Shown: positions 25,155-34,457 of the stretch, one piece after another
Layout: each line of letters starts with the position of its first letter
Position numbering within the stretch: the first letter of the stretch is position 1
Source of the DNA: an uncultured Methanosarcinales archaeon
GTDB taxonomy: Archaea; Nanobdellota; Nanobdellia; Woesearchaeales; CAYNLP01
Length of the DNA stretch: 43,406 nt
Assembly (NCBI GenBank): GCA_964398115.1
Contig: CAYNLP010000006.1
Location: 1 to 43,406, forward strand
Direction of reading: 5' to 3'
Program-made: the position numbers and the translations under genes
Notes under the pieces: model-generated
Databases searched by the model: none
What the model saw: the letters and a program-made list of their open reading frames with translations, nothing else
What the model was told of the DNA's origin: nothing

Positions 25155-25949
25155 TCACAACGCCATCGGCGGTCTAGACGATTTTACAAAAGCTAAAAAC
25201 ATGAACTGCACGAAGCCCACCGCGCCAACCAATATGAGCAATATAGTTAATGATAGTGAAAAACCAATGAAAGTTGCCATGACAACCAACATAGTAGTTC
25301 CCAAACTAGGAACTATAACAGCTATCATCATGTAAAACATAGCTAACGGGTTCAATTTTCGACCATACTCTTTAACCTCAATCTGTTGCTCTCTCACAAT
25401 CTGATCAATAACTGAATTCAAACTATCCTTTACGTCAGACCCAGTTCTCAAACTATTCAAAACCTGCCATAATATTTTACGAAGACGGGGAGAAGGCGTC
25501 TCTTGCAAACCCTTCTCCAAAGCATCTTCTAAAGTTGTTCCAAAGTTAACATCTTGAACGATGTCGCCGAAAAACTTCCCGATAGTTTCGTAATTCCTGC
25601 TTAAATTCTTGAAAGCGTCATATATAGGAACTCCCGACTCTAACTCTATAATTAAAAACCTACCTGCATAAACAATTTCTTCATCTACTTTATCCCGTAA
25701 CTTTTGAATTTTCAAATCAACATATCGGATGAAATAGAAAAAACCTGCTAAAACACCGAGAGGTAAAAGCAGAAAAATCCACATTGATTGCACGAACATA
25801 AAGGCGATGAAAGTCAAAGCAAACCCTACAAAGATGGATAAGAAACACGTCCTTTTCACATATTGCTCAGGACTTTGAGAAATGCCAGCTTGTTTAAGCT
25901 TAACCTCTAAACCAGGTATTTTATTAGCTATCTTCTTGTAAATTATCAT
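25155..25949 (-). CDS. Type II secretion F / TadB-TadC-like pilus platform protein
   Basis: IELESGVPIYDAF, GTTLEDAL, LRTGSDV, YGRKLNPL..FYM..AVIVPSLG; ATG 25949. Confidence 0.9.
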   Translation of the reverse strand: MIIYKKIANKIPGLEVKLKQAGISQSPEQYVKRTCFLSIFVGFALTFIAFMFVQSMWIFLLLPLGVLAGFFYFIRYVDLKIQKLRDKVDEEIVYAGRFLIIELESGVPIYDAFKNLSRNYETIGKFFGDIVQDVNFGTTLEDALEKGLQETPSPRLRKILWQVLNSLRTGSDVKDSLNSVIDQIVREQQIEVKEYGRKLNPLAMFYMMIAVIVPSLGTTMLVVMATFIGFSLSLTILLILVGAVGFVQFMFLAFVKSSRPPMAL

Positions 25950-27489
25950 CTTCCAACGGCTCTCCCTCCTCAACTAATTCCATAAGCCTCTCCTTATCCG
26001 TGTAATACTCCGCCATTACATGCCCAACACCTTCTACAGTATCTATATCTTGTTCAACCAAATAATTCAAAACTTTTTCCTTCATTTCTAACTCTTCATC
26101 AATCTCTTCCTCAGTATATCCGGTATACATCTTCAAGTCTTCATATAAAACTTCAGAATCATTTTCTTTAACAAGTTCATCCTCTCTAGGATCATACTGC
26201 ATTAAAACATTCAAACTACTATCCTCCTTAATTTCAGCAATTTGGAAGGTTCTACGATCACCCGTCCTCCTATTCCTAAACTGAACCACTATCAATGAAA
26301 TCGCCGGAACCATGATTTCCGGAACGTCAATAGGAGGATTAGTCAACCTCTCCAAAGTTTCCTTTGCATTATTAGCGTGGAAAGTAGCATAGCAAGAGTG
26401 ACCTGTGTGGATAGCTTCAAACAAAGTCTCCGCTTCTCTTTTCCTACGCACCTCTCCTACCAAGATACGGTCTGGACGCATACGCAAAGAATTAACTAAC
26501 AAGTCTTCCATAGAAACTTCACCTTTCCCTTCCGCATTCGGCAACCTAGTATTTAACGGAACCCAATGCAAGAAGCTAGGTAGTTGAACCTCTCTAGTAT
26601 CTTCAATACTGATAACCCTCTGATTAGGAGGTATAAAAGTAGCTAAAACATTCAAAGTAGAAGTTTTACCAGAAGCTGTACCTCCAGAAATTATAGCACT
26701 CATCTCATATTGCATAGCCATCCAAATCAAAGCTGCTGCTTCAGCACTAATCGTTCCATTCCTAATAAACTTAGTTATAGTCCAAGGATCCCTAGCAAAC
26801 TTCCTAATAGTCATAGTGTTGCCAGCAGTGCTGATAGGATTCAAAGTAGCGTTTACACGATCCCCTTTTTCCAAATGCGCATCTAATAAAGGATCCAAAA
26901 CAGTTATTTGACGACCAACTTTTCTAGCAACCATAGAAGCGTAATGTTTTATCTGCTCCTCATCACGCAACATTATATTAGTCTTCAACCACCCATGCTC
27001 TCTGTGATAAACCCACAATGGTTCCTCAGACTGATTTACAACAATCTCCTCTAAGTTTTCATCACTCATAACGAGTTCTATATCTCCCAATCCTAAACTC
27101 TTAGCTATGAGATAACTTTTCAGAAACGCTTTTGTTTCATCATCCATGTCAGGGAAGTACTTGCTTACCAAGTCTGAAATGTGAGATTCAAACTTATCTT
27201 TTATAGCACCTGCTTCTTTTGCATCTGTTATATCCATAGCTCCAAAATCTACTTTATCAATTAACTCCTGTCTTATCTTTTCCAAAACAAGTTCTGTAGT
27301 TTCAGAAATACTAGCTAAACTAACCTCGTATATAGGGACGTATTCACTTGAGGTATTTCCTATTTCAACATTAATTGTTATATCTTTAGCTTGAAAACTA
27401 TACTCGTCAATAACTTCTTCCAAATCTCTTTCTTCCTGAATCCCTCCCTCTTCATCAACTGGTTCAGAATCAGATTCTTTTTCAGGCAC
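25924..27489 (-). CDS. Pilus assembly ATPase (VirB11/TadA/FlaI family)
   Basis: Walker A GGTASGKTS, Asp box SIEDTREV, LRMRPDRILVGEVR, His box TGH..ATFHA; GAGGTG SD before GTG 27489. Confidence 0.95.
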   Translation of the reverse strand: MPEKESDSEPVDEEGGIQEERDLEEVIDEYSFQAKDITINVEIGNTSSEYVPIYEVSLASISETTELVLEKIRQELIDKVDFGAMDITDAKEAGAIKDKFESHISDLVSKYFPDMDDETKAFLKSYLIAKSLGLGDIELVMSDENLEEIVVNQSEEPLWVYHREHGWLKTNIMLRDEEQIKHYASMVARKVGRQITVLDPLLDAHLEKGDRVNATLNPISTAGNTMTIRKFARDPWTITKFIRNGTISAEAAALIWMAMQYEMSAIISGGTASGKTSTLNVLATFIPPNQRVISIEDTREVQLPSFLHWVPLNTRLPNAEGKGEVSMEDLLVNSLRMRPDRILVGEVRRKREAETLFEAIHTGHSCYATFHANNAKETLERLTNPPIDVPEIMVPAISLIVVQFRNRRTGDRRTFQIAEIKEDSSLNVLMQYDPREDELVKENDSEVLYEDLKMYTGYTEEEIDEELEMKEKVLNYLVEQDIDTVEGVGHVMAEYYTDKERLMELVEEGEPLEDDNLQEDS

Positions 27490-27535
27490 TGTACACCTCT
27501 TTTCTAACACTTATCCGGTCGATATTATATAAATG

Positions 27536-28702
27536 TTACTCTGAAGAATCGCCTAAAATTCTATTAGTTAATTTTTTAAGATCCTCTTTAAATTTCTCTT
27601 TCTTTTCTTTCAATTTTTCAAACTTGGATTGTAGTTCATCTACATGCTCTTCATAGTCAGCAGATTCAGCAGCTAATCGGAACGCTTTTGCACTATTGAT
27701 TAATTCTTGCATTTCACTCTCTAACTCTCTTTTCTCTTCTTCAACTTGGTTTATTAATTCTTTAGTTTTAGATTTTTTATCGAAGAACTCTTGGAACTTA
27801 TTTATAACTTCTTCCCCATGTTCCTCCACTCCCTCAATCTCTTTAGCTTCTTCCTTAATATTCTCCATTATATTCTCCTCAATTTCCATAACTTTTTCTT
27901 CTCCTTCCTCCGCTTTTTCTATAAGCGGTTGCAAGTCTTCCTGCTTTTTCTCTTTAATTTCATCAATTAATTCATCTGCCTCTTGCTCCAACTCTTGTAA
28001 TTTCTCTTTCTCCTTGCTTATCTCTTCATCCTCTGCTTCTATCTCTTCTTCAACTGATTGAAGAACTTCTTTCAAAGCGTCAATTCTTCTTTTCAAATTG
28101 TCTTCTTTCTTCTCTAAGTATTCCATGTCAAGTTCTTCTTCCTTAATTTTTGACTTCTCTTGCTGGATATCCTCAACTATCGTATCATATTTCTTCTCCT
28201 CTTTGCTTATCTTCTGATGTAAATCATTAAACATCTTCTGATACTTTCTTTTCTGCTGCCTGATCTCCTTATCTAAGTTATCTCGTAGTTCTTCATAATG
28301 CTTAAGTTCATCCACATCTTCCTTAACTTTTTCAACCTCGCTTCCTATCTCCTCTTCCATTTCTTCAAACTTTTCTTTCATCTCTTCGAAACCCGCACTT
28401 TCTTTCTCTAAATTCTGCAACGCGGTTTCTACTTTTCTAACGAAAGCTTCTTTCTTGTCAGAATATTGCTTTTTCCTCTCTTCTAATTCTTTTTCACTAA
28501 GTTGTCTTTCAACCAAGTAAACTTTAGAAAGACTATACTCTATAGAAATCAGGCCTTGATCTTCTAAAAAGTCAGCCCACTCCTGAACTACTGTTTCACT
28601 AACACCTAACTTTTTTGCGGCCTCTCCAAGCTCAATTTTTTCCTCATCATTAACGAGTTTTACGAGCTTGTCAACACCGGTCTGAATTGTTGTTTTTGCC
28701 AC
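27536..28702 (-). CDS. N-terminal winged-helix-like domain plus long E/K-rich coiled coil
   Basis: TGVDKLVKLV..IELGEAAKKLGVSETVVQEWADFLEDQGLISIEY; about 320 aa of heptad repeats; probable GTG start 28702. Confidence 0.8.
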   Translation of the reverse strand: MAKTTIQTGVDKLVKLVNDEEKIELGEAAKKLGVSETVVQEWADFLEDQGLISIEYSLSKVYLVERQLSEKELEERKKQYSDKKEAFVRKVETALQNLEKESAGFEEMKEKFEEMEEEIGSEVEKVKEDVDELKHYEELRDNLDKEIRQQKRKYQKMFNDLHQKISKEEKKYDTIVEDIQQEKSKIKEEELDMEYLEKKEDNLKRRIDALKEVLQSVEEEIEAEDEEISKEKEKLQELEQEADELIDEIKEKKQEDLQPLIEKAEEGEEKVMEIEENIMENIKEEAKEIEGVEEHGEEVINKFQEFFDKKSKTKELINQVEEEKRELESEMQELINSAKAFRLAAESADYEEHVDELQSKFEKLKEKKEKFKEDLKKLTNRILGDSSE

Positions 28703-28727
28703 AATATTGTTTATCCTCTTAATTACT

Positions 28728-29081
28728 TTATATATCTTTCCTGAAATCAAGCAAGTCTCCAACTTCTGTCTCTGTCTCGTCAATAACACCTTCTGGGAGT
28801 TCTAACACAAAACGACACTTTTTATTAGACCTATAAGTGGAAAAAGGTTTAAAACTCTTCTTAATCTCCACCACTTCTTTCTCATCATTTAAAAAAAGCA
28901 CATCTATAGTGCAAAAAACGAAGAACATGTGCAAGTTTACTTTTCTAGAAACCCTAAATAAAAAAATCATTGGCTTAGCTTCTTTTCTAAACATCATACC
29001 TACCGCTTTTCCAATTGTAGAAACTCTTAACTCTGCGTCTTCAGCTAAAACCTTGTCCTTATCCTCGTTTCTTATCAGCAT
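28728..29081 (-). CDS. DUF192 family protein
   Basis: KAVGMMFR, LHMFFVFCTIDVLFL, FKPF, FVLELPEG, VGD. Confidence 0.9.
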   Translation of the reverse strand: MLIRNEDKDKVLAEDAELRVSTIGKAVGMMFRKEAKPMIFLFRVSRKVNLHMFFVFCTIDVLFLNDEKEVVEIKKSFKPFSTYRSNKKCRFVLELPEGVIDETETEVGDLLDFRKDI

Positions 29082-30043
29082 TGGTAACCATCCGGGTTTA
29101 ACTTAGGATCTATCTCATACGTTTCGGTATGGTTCTCATCAATCTTAAACCACGTCGGGGTATTAATTACATTATCGCACAAATTATACCCGGAGACGTT
29201 ATTTTGAAAGTAAACATGATCCACTATACTTCTATCTGTTTTAACACTTAATCCCTGACTCTGCAATTCATCTATATCTACCAAACTTTCAATCCCATTA
29301 GGGGAAGAGTTAAAGTTTCCTTCTAATCTCATAGCGTAGCTAGGCGCCTGATCACTTTGAATGTAAAAACTGTTATTGGTGTGGAGCATTAAGTTAGTAG
29401 TGTCATTAGCATTATTTGTATCGTTTATGAAACGAGTTATGTTCGTTTTTTCAATAACGTTAGGAAATTTCCCGTTTGAACCCACTGTGTAAACTGGATC
29501 TCTCAAATTAGTCACGGGTACTTGTGTTTCCTTAACTTTGGTGAATTCCCAAGAGGCCAATCCTCTTCTATCTTGTAAATGAATTAAAAATTCAATCTTG
29601 ACCGTAACATGCCAAGGATCTTTATGATACAAAGAGATGTTTTCAACATTTATGTTCAAATTCACGCCTATTTCGTCAGCGGTGATGTTAACACTTTGTA
29701 AATAATCAGAAAAGCTAGAAGAATTCAACACAGTCTTATTCTCTCCATCGATAGTTCCATTATAGAATGCTTCTTTGAATACTTTTCCACTATCGTTAAA
29801 GTAAGCGCCTTGAGTAGATATTTCCTCCTCCATAGCTATTAAGCCTCGATAGGCCGCGATGTACATAGCTTTTTCTATATCGTTATTCAAATTTTCTATA
29901 AAGGTGTCCATTGTATGTATACGACTTTTTACAACTTCTTTCGATTCAGTAAATTGTTTGGAAGTGTTTAAAAAGAATAAAAGACTGATTGAGAACAAGA
30001 CTACTATGGCTACGAAGAAGTAAAACATTCCTTTCTTGTTCAT
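29075..30043 (-). CDS. Minor pilin-like protein (class III-type signal peptide)
   Basis: MNKKG|MFYFFVAIVVLF; ATGA overlap with upstream stop; many NxS/T sequons. Confidence 0.75.
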   Translation of the reverse strand: MNKKGMFYFFVAIVVLFSISLLFFLNTSKQFTESKEVVKSRIHTMDTFIENLNNDIEKAMYIAAYRGLIAMEEEISTQGAYFNDSGKVFKEAFYNGTIDGENKTVLNSSSFSDYLQSVNITADEIGVNLNINVENISLYHKDPWHVTVKIEFLIHLQDRRGLASWEFTKVKETQVPVTNLRDPVYTVGSNGKFPNVIEKTNITRFINDTNNANDTTNLMLHTNNSFYIQSDQAPSYAMRLEGNFNSSPNGIESLVDIDELQSQGLSVKTDRSIVDHVYFQNNVSGYNLCDNVINTPTWFKIDENHTETYEIDPKLNPDGYQC

Positions 30044-32577
30044 TGCCACATTTCCACCTCAACCCTAGCAGGACCCCAAAGATAAGGCACTTCCCTAATT
30101 GCCGTGGCAGAAACTTCTAAGTCTTGTTGTGTGAAATCAACAAATACTCTACCATCATCGTCGAAATCCAAGTTGCTTAGCGTCGAATAAACTGCAAGGT
30201 CGTAGCTGTCTGTATCATCATAGCTTATTTGAGTGCTGTTATAAACACATTCATCACTACCGTTATAACTTTCAGGAACTGAAAACGTTTGAGCGTTTCC
30301 ACTTTCAAACTCTACATTCCATTCACAACCGTCAGCTTCTTCTACAACACCTGACCTTCCACTCGATAAATTAACAGCAGCGGTATATATCAAAGTATTG
30401 TTATCAGAACATCCAGCACTTTCGTTCGGAGCGTCTCCAGTTCTAATCCGTAAGTTATTATTTCCGCTTTGTAGATAAGAAGGAGGTATGTTTACAGTAT
30501 AAGGATCTCCCATAGTAGTGTAATTCTCTCCAAAGTAAGATAAGTTGTAAGCTTCATTACCATTAGCTTCTACCAAATCAGTCCAATGGTCTCCGCTATA
30601 AGAAGTCACTCTCGCATCTAACACTCTTAACTCATCATAAATATTTACTGTAGGAGAACAAGTGTTGAATTGATCAGTTTGTAATTTTATTGAAATCTCA
30701 TTAGGACCGGTTTCTTCCACGTCAGGTGTGAAGTTTAAGTCTATAAAGCTGTCAGTGTAAAGTTCTGAAGCTACATCCTCGGCTTCTGTAGCCCTCTGGA
30801 ATTGGTAAACTATACTGCTAGAACCAACTTCCATAGCGAAGTCTTCGTAAATGTCTTGCAGGCCAGAAAGGTTATTACTTTCTCTAAATATACCTCCGCT
30901 ACAATTTGCTATTTTTTCAAGCATTTCATCATCAGCCCCTTTTCCAAATCCTATCGTGTAATATGTTATTTCAGTCACGCTTACATCTTCACAAGCTGCA
31001 TCTATTGAATCCTGCCTAGCTTTTTCTACAGTGCATTTTCCTGAGCTACAACACTTAGTTGCGTTTCCGTCCGTCATTAAAACCATTGATTTATCTCGAG
31101 TGTCATTGACATCCTCTAGTTCGGACTCTGCATCTTCAATGTTTTGACAAAGGTATCTTTCCGCTTGAGAGGGGTTTTGAACATCGTAAGAGGATATAGT
31201 ATTGTGAAGGGTTGCGTTGTCCTTTGTAAGTTCTTGATCTATATGTGAACTGGCAAAGTAAGACGCTAGCCCTACTCGATTACCACTCCAGTTCAGAGCT
31301 ACTTCGACGAAGTCATGCGATAAGTTTTTCGCTACTTCCATCCTCGTAGCGTTAGTTCCTTCTATATCACTTTCACTCATAGTTCCCGCTCTACTAGTTA
31401 AAAGGAAGATGTCAGATATGTTACCCGTAGTGTTACTGGTGTTTCCTTGATAGAATCCCAATCGTAGAGGGACTGTTTCTTTACTTAGTTTTGAATAATT
31501 CAACATGCTTTCTAATGTGGTAGAAGATAACGTCTGAGTTATTTCTCCCGATTCATTCGATTCGTACACGGTCGTATTGCCTATATCTAAGAAGAGTGGA
31601 AGGGAAGTGCTAGAATCTACCCAATAGTGCAAGTCTATTGTCATCGAGTTAAGATTGCCGGGGATGTAGAATGCATCATATAGGTTTATCACGCCATCAA
31701 TTCCAGGATATTCATATTTTCTACTTCCATTCACATTGCTGGTTTTCGCTTCTTGTGTTTCATACTTTACTTTTAAGAAACCTCCTCTAATTCCAGAGTT
31801 TTCAAGAGCATCAGTAAATCGCATTTCTACTTTGTTATCTCCTGAAGAAATATAAGATTTACAGCTTGTTAGGTTCCAAACATCTGGTTTCATACTAGTA
31901 GTGTTTGGGCTGAAACTATCACATAAATTATCATTAATGTAGAGATCGAAATCGCCAAGTACATCTGCCTCTAATTTTATGTTTTTAATATCAGATTCGT
32001 TCACGTCGTCTGGCACGTCTTCAACATATCCTGTTACGTTTCCTTGCCCTACGAATCCTCCGAAGTAAAGGAAGGAACTTGTTCTTTTATTCTCTACTCT
32101 TTGTAGAAACGCAGCTGCTGTGCTTCCTCTTATAGCTCTTCCTTTTTTAACCCCTGTTATCATCCTGCTTGCTGCTACCACATTTGATTCATCCACGCCT
32201 GTTTTATTGAAGAATTCATCTCCTTCAACCTTTATTCTCATCCCGAACTTTTCTGATATTAATTCTTCTACGATTGCACGTGAGAAATTGTTAGCATTAT
32301 CCGTTTCATTTAAAGCCCAAAACTCTCCTAGTTGTTCTAACAGTGTTTGGTTAACGTTTTCTATTTCTCCATTTGATATCATTTTATTCACGGTAGTACT
32401 GTTCATTTCTTCCACTCTAAGTTCTGTCATACTCGTCAGAAGATCGTTCGAAACATAGCTTATTCTCTGAGTGTTTTGTTCATGAGCTACCATTTGAGTT
32501 ACTAGTAGTAATCCTCCAACTATGAGCATAGAAGCTAGGAGGGCGTCTAAACTGAAGTAGAATCCTTTTAAGTCCAT
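30040..32577 (-). CDS. Large pilin-like adhesin with inserted vWA domain
   Basis: KG|FYFSLDALLA; vWA elements DIFLLT, NRVGLASY, MVLMTDGNA, YTIGFG, LEKIANCSGG, LQDIY. Confidence 0.85.
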   Translation of the reverse strand: MDLKGFYFSLDALLASMLIVGGLLLVTQMVAHEQNTQRISYVSNDLLTSMTELRVEEMNSTTVNKMISNGEIENVNQTLLEQLGEFWALNETDNANNFSRAIVEELISEKFGMRIKVEGDEFFNKTGVDESNVVAASRMITGVKKGRAIRGSTAAAFLQRVENKRTSSFLYFGGFVGQGNVTGYVEDVPDDVNESDIKNIKLEADVLGDFDLYINDNLCDSFSPNTTSMKPDVWNLTSCKSYISSGDNKVEMRFTDALENSGIRGGFLKVKYETQEAKTSNVNGSRKYEYPGIDGVINLYDAFYIPGNLNSMTIDLHYWVDSSTSLPLFLDIGNTTVYESNESGEITQTLSSTTLESMLNYSKLSKETVPLRLGFYQGNTSNTTGNISDIFLLTSRAGTMSESDIEGTNATRMEVAKNLSHDFVEVALNWSGNRVGLASYFASSHIDQELTKDNATLHNTISSYDVQNPSQAERYLCQNIEDAESELEDVNDTRDKSMVLMTDGNATKCCSSGKCTVEKARQDSIDAACEDVSVTEITYYTIGFGKGADDEMLEKIANCSGGIFRESNNLSGLQDIYEDFAMEVGSSSIVYQFQRATEAEDVASELYTDSFIDLNFTPDVEETGPNEISIKLQTDQFNTCSPTVNIYDELRVLDARVTSYSGDHWTDLVEANGNEAYNLSYFGENYTTMGDPYTVNIPPSYLQSGNNNLRIRTGDAPNESAGCSDNNTLIYTAAVNLSSGRSGVVEEADGCEWNVEFESGNAQTFSVPESYNGSDECVYNSTQISYDDTDSYDLAVYSTLSNLDFDDDGRVFVDFTQQDLEVSATAIREVPYLWGPARVEVEMWQ

Positions 32578-33670
32578 GAAAGCACCACCATCTTTACTAT
32601 TTCAGAGTCGTGTATTGCTAATCTTTCAGTCTTTGCTACGTTGTCTGAATCTATATCTCCTTTACTTGTACAGTTAGCCTTGGTAACGTTAACCGCGTTT
32701 TCCGCTCCTCCACCAATTTTGTCTTCGAAGTTTATGTCAGAACCTCCTTCTTTGTAAGTCGCATCCACAGTTCCGAAATAATAACCTTTTCCTATTCCTT
32801 TTTTCCATCTTGCAATGAATGCTTCATCTGCAGTGGTGTACCGAGCTAGTTCCGTGTAGCTGTTAGTGTCTATATTTTTCACGGTAAAACTGGCATCAGT
32901 TGTGTCATCATCCTCTATAGAGGTGCCATTAGCCAGTTCTAAGTATTCATCTTCATCGTTAACAACTTCCGCCGTGGTGTCTGAAATGTTTGTAAAACCA
33001 ACACCTGTTACGTTGATGGAAACGTTTTGTGTTAGGAAGAGAATCCCTCCGTTTTTTATGTAATTATTTAATTTTTCTTTTTTCTGAGCTGTTGTCAAGC
33101 TTCCTTCTTTGAGTTTTGGATTTTCCATGAGGACAAATCTATAATCATTTAAGTTGCTAAAGAAGTTGTTCACTTCTGAATCTACGTCTGCAGAGTAAGT
33201 ATCAGCGTTTAGTTGATTCATCCAACCACTCATTAAGTCCTCGTCATTGTGATAATATGCGGCTGGTAGTAATTCTTTAATCAAGTTCTTGTTTTCAGAT
33301 ATTTCATTACTTCCCAACACGCATTGTTCGCCCATCCCTATCAAGCTGTCATTTTGATCTTTAAAATAGAAAGCGTAGTCTTCGCGCACTCCTAAAAGAT
33401 TTCGTGTTTCGCTATAATCCAAGCTTAAATAGTTATTTATCTTTACCGGATTTAATCTGTTCTTGCTCTNNNNNNNNNNGGATTTCCTTCGCTTAATAGG
33501 TGTTCACTGACCGTTTGTGATTCTTTCTTAACTCTTTCAAAAGCGTCGTCTGTGAAAGTGTTGGTTAGGAGTTTTACGGCTAGTAAAACAGCTAGTACAA
33601 ATATGAGTAGGCTTATCACGTAGTCTATAACCCATCCTTGTCCTTTCTTAGCTGATTTGAACATTTCCAT
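32568..33670 (-). CDS. Minor pilin-like protein with inserted GATase-like alpha/beta domain (one gene split in the ORF track by the N gap)
   Basis: KKG|QGWVIDYVISLLIF...LLSEGN [gap] SKNRLNPVKINNYLSLDYSETRNLLG, open into ORF 32568-33422. Confidence 0.8.
33470..33479. other. Scaffold gap (10 N)
   Basis: Run of N. Confidence 1.
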
Positions 33671-34043
33671 CAATGTTTTGGATTGTTACCGTTCCTTTGC
33701 TTATGCTTCCTGAAACTTCTGGCAGTGGATATGCTATGTCTCCATCTTTGTAAGATACTATAAGATAATTTCCAGTTAGAGATACGTTGTATTTTATCTC
33801 GTTTACGTTTTCAGGTAGTTCTATCGTTCTCTCGTAGCCTTCGTGTACTTCACTGGCTAGTATTATTTCTTCTTGTATGCTCCGACCGAAGTCTTCAATC
33901 TTTAATTCCTCTGTGTCATCTATTTTTTTATTGAATAAGTCGTAAGAGGCTCCTAGCATTATCATTAGGGCTACTCCTGCCATTCCTGCCATCATGACAA
34001 ATTCTAGGCTTATTTGGCCTCTTGTATTTTTACATCGGTTAAT
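33648..34043 (-). CDS. Minor pilin (class III signal peptide); start codon possibly ATT
   Basis: In-frame KNTRG|QISLEFVMMAG lies upstream of the ORF-track start (33995); C-terminal GYERTIELPE. Confidence 0.75.
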   Translation of the reverse strand: MNRCKNTRGQISLEFVMMAGMAGVALMIMLGASYDLFNKKIDDTEELKIEDFGRSIQEEIILASEVHEGYERTIELPENVNEIKYNVSLTGNYLIVSYKDGDIAYPLPEVSGSISKGTVTIQNIDGNVQIS

Positions 34044-34420
34044 CTTGCTTTCACCTCTATGTTGTGTATGCCGGAGAAAGAGTTTATATCTCCTGTGAGG
34101 TTTGTATCTGCCACTTTCACTATTTCGTAATCGCCTGCGGTGGATGAAACTTTGAAGATAATGTTTTTATTGGAGATACTTACGTTTTCTACGTTATCTG
34201 GCATGTATATTTTTAAAGTCCTCTTAGAAGGGGGTCCTTGATAGTATACTTCGTTAGCAGCGTCTCTAAGTTCTGATGCTATCTTTTCTACTTGAGCATC
34301 TGTCACGTCTTCTTGAATTTGATGGCTTTGACTGTAGAATAAAGCTATTATGGGGACTGTCATTAAGAACGCGAATGCTGTTATGAGTAGATATTCTATA
34401 CTTACTTGGCCTTTGAGCAT
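34010..34420 (-). CDS. Minor pilin (class III signal peptide)
   Basis: MLKG|QVSIEYLLITAFAF; AANEVYYQGPPSKRTL. Confidence 0.85.
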   Translation of the reverse strand: MLKGQVSIEYLLITAFAFLMTVPIIALFYSQSHQIQEDVTDAQVEKIASELRDAANEVYYQGPPSKRTLKIYMPDNVENVSISNKNIIFKVSSTAGDYEIVKVADTNLTGDINSFSGIHNIEVKARLTDVKIQEAK

Positions 34421-34457
34421 GGTTTAATAAGGTATTTTATCATTCGGGAATAACAAA

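Noticed and set aside
23465..27489. Archaellum operon
   Set aside because: No archaellin, FlaH or FlaF/G-like genes; two TadC-like genes fit an adhesive pilus
27536..28702. SMC/Rad50 ATPase
   Set aside because: No Walker A/B, signature motif, hinge or zinc hook
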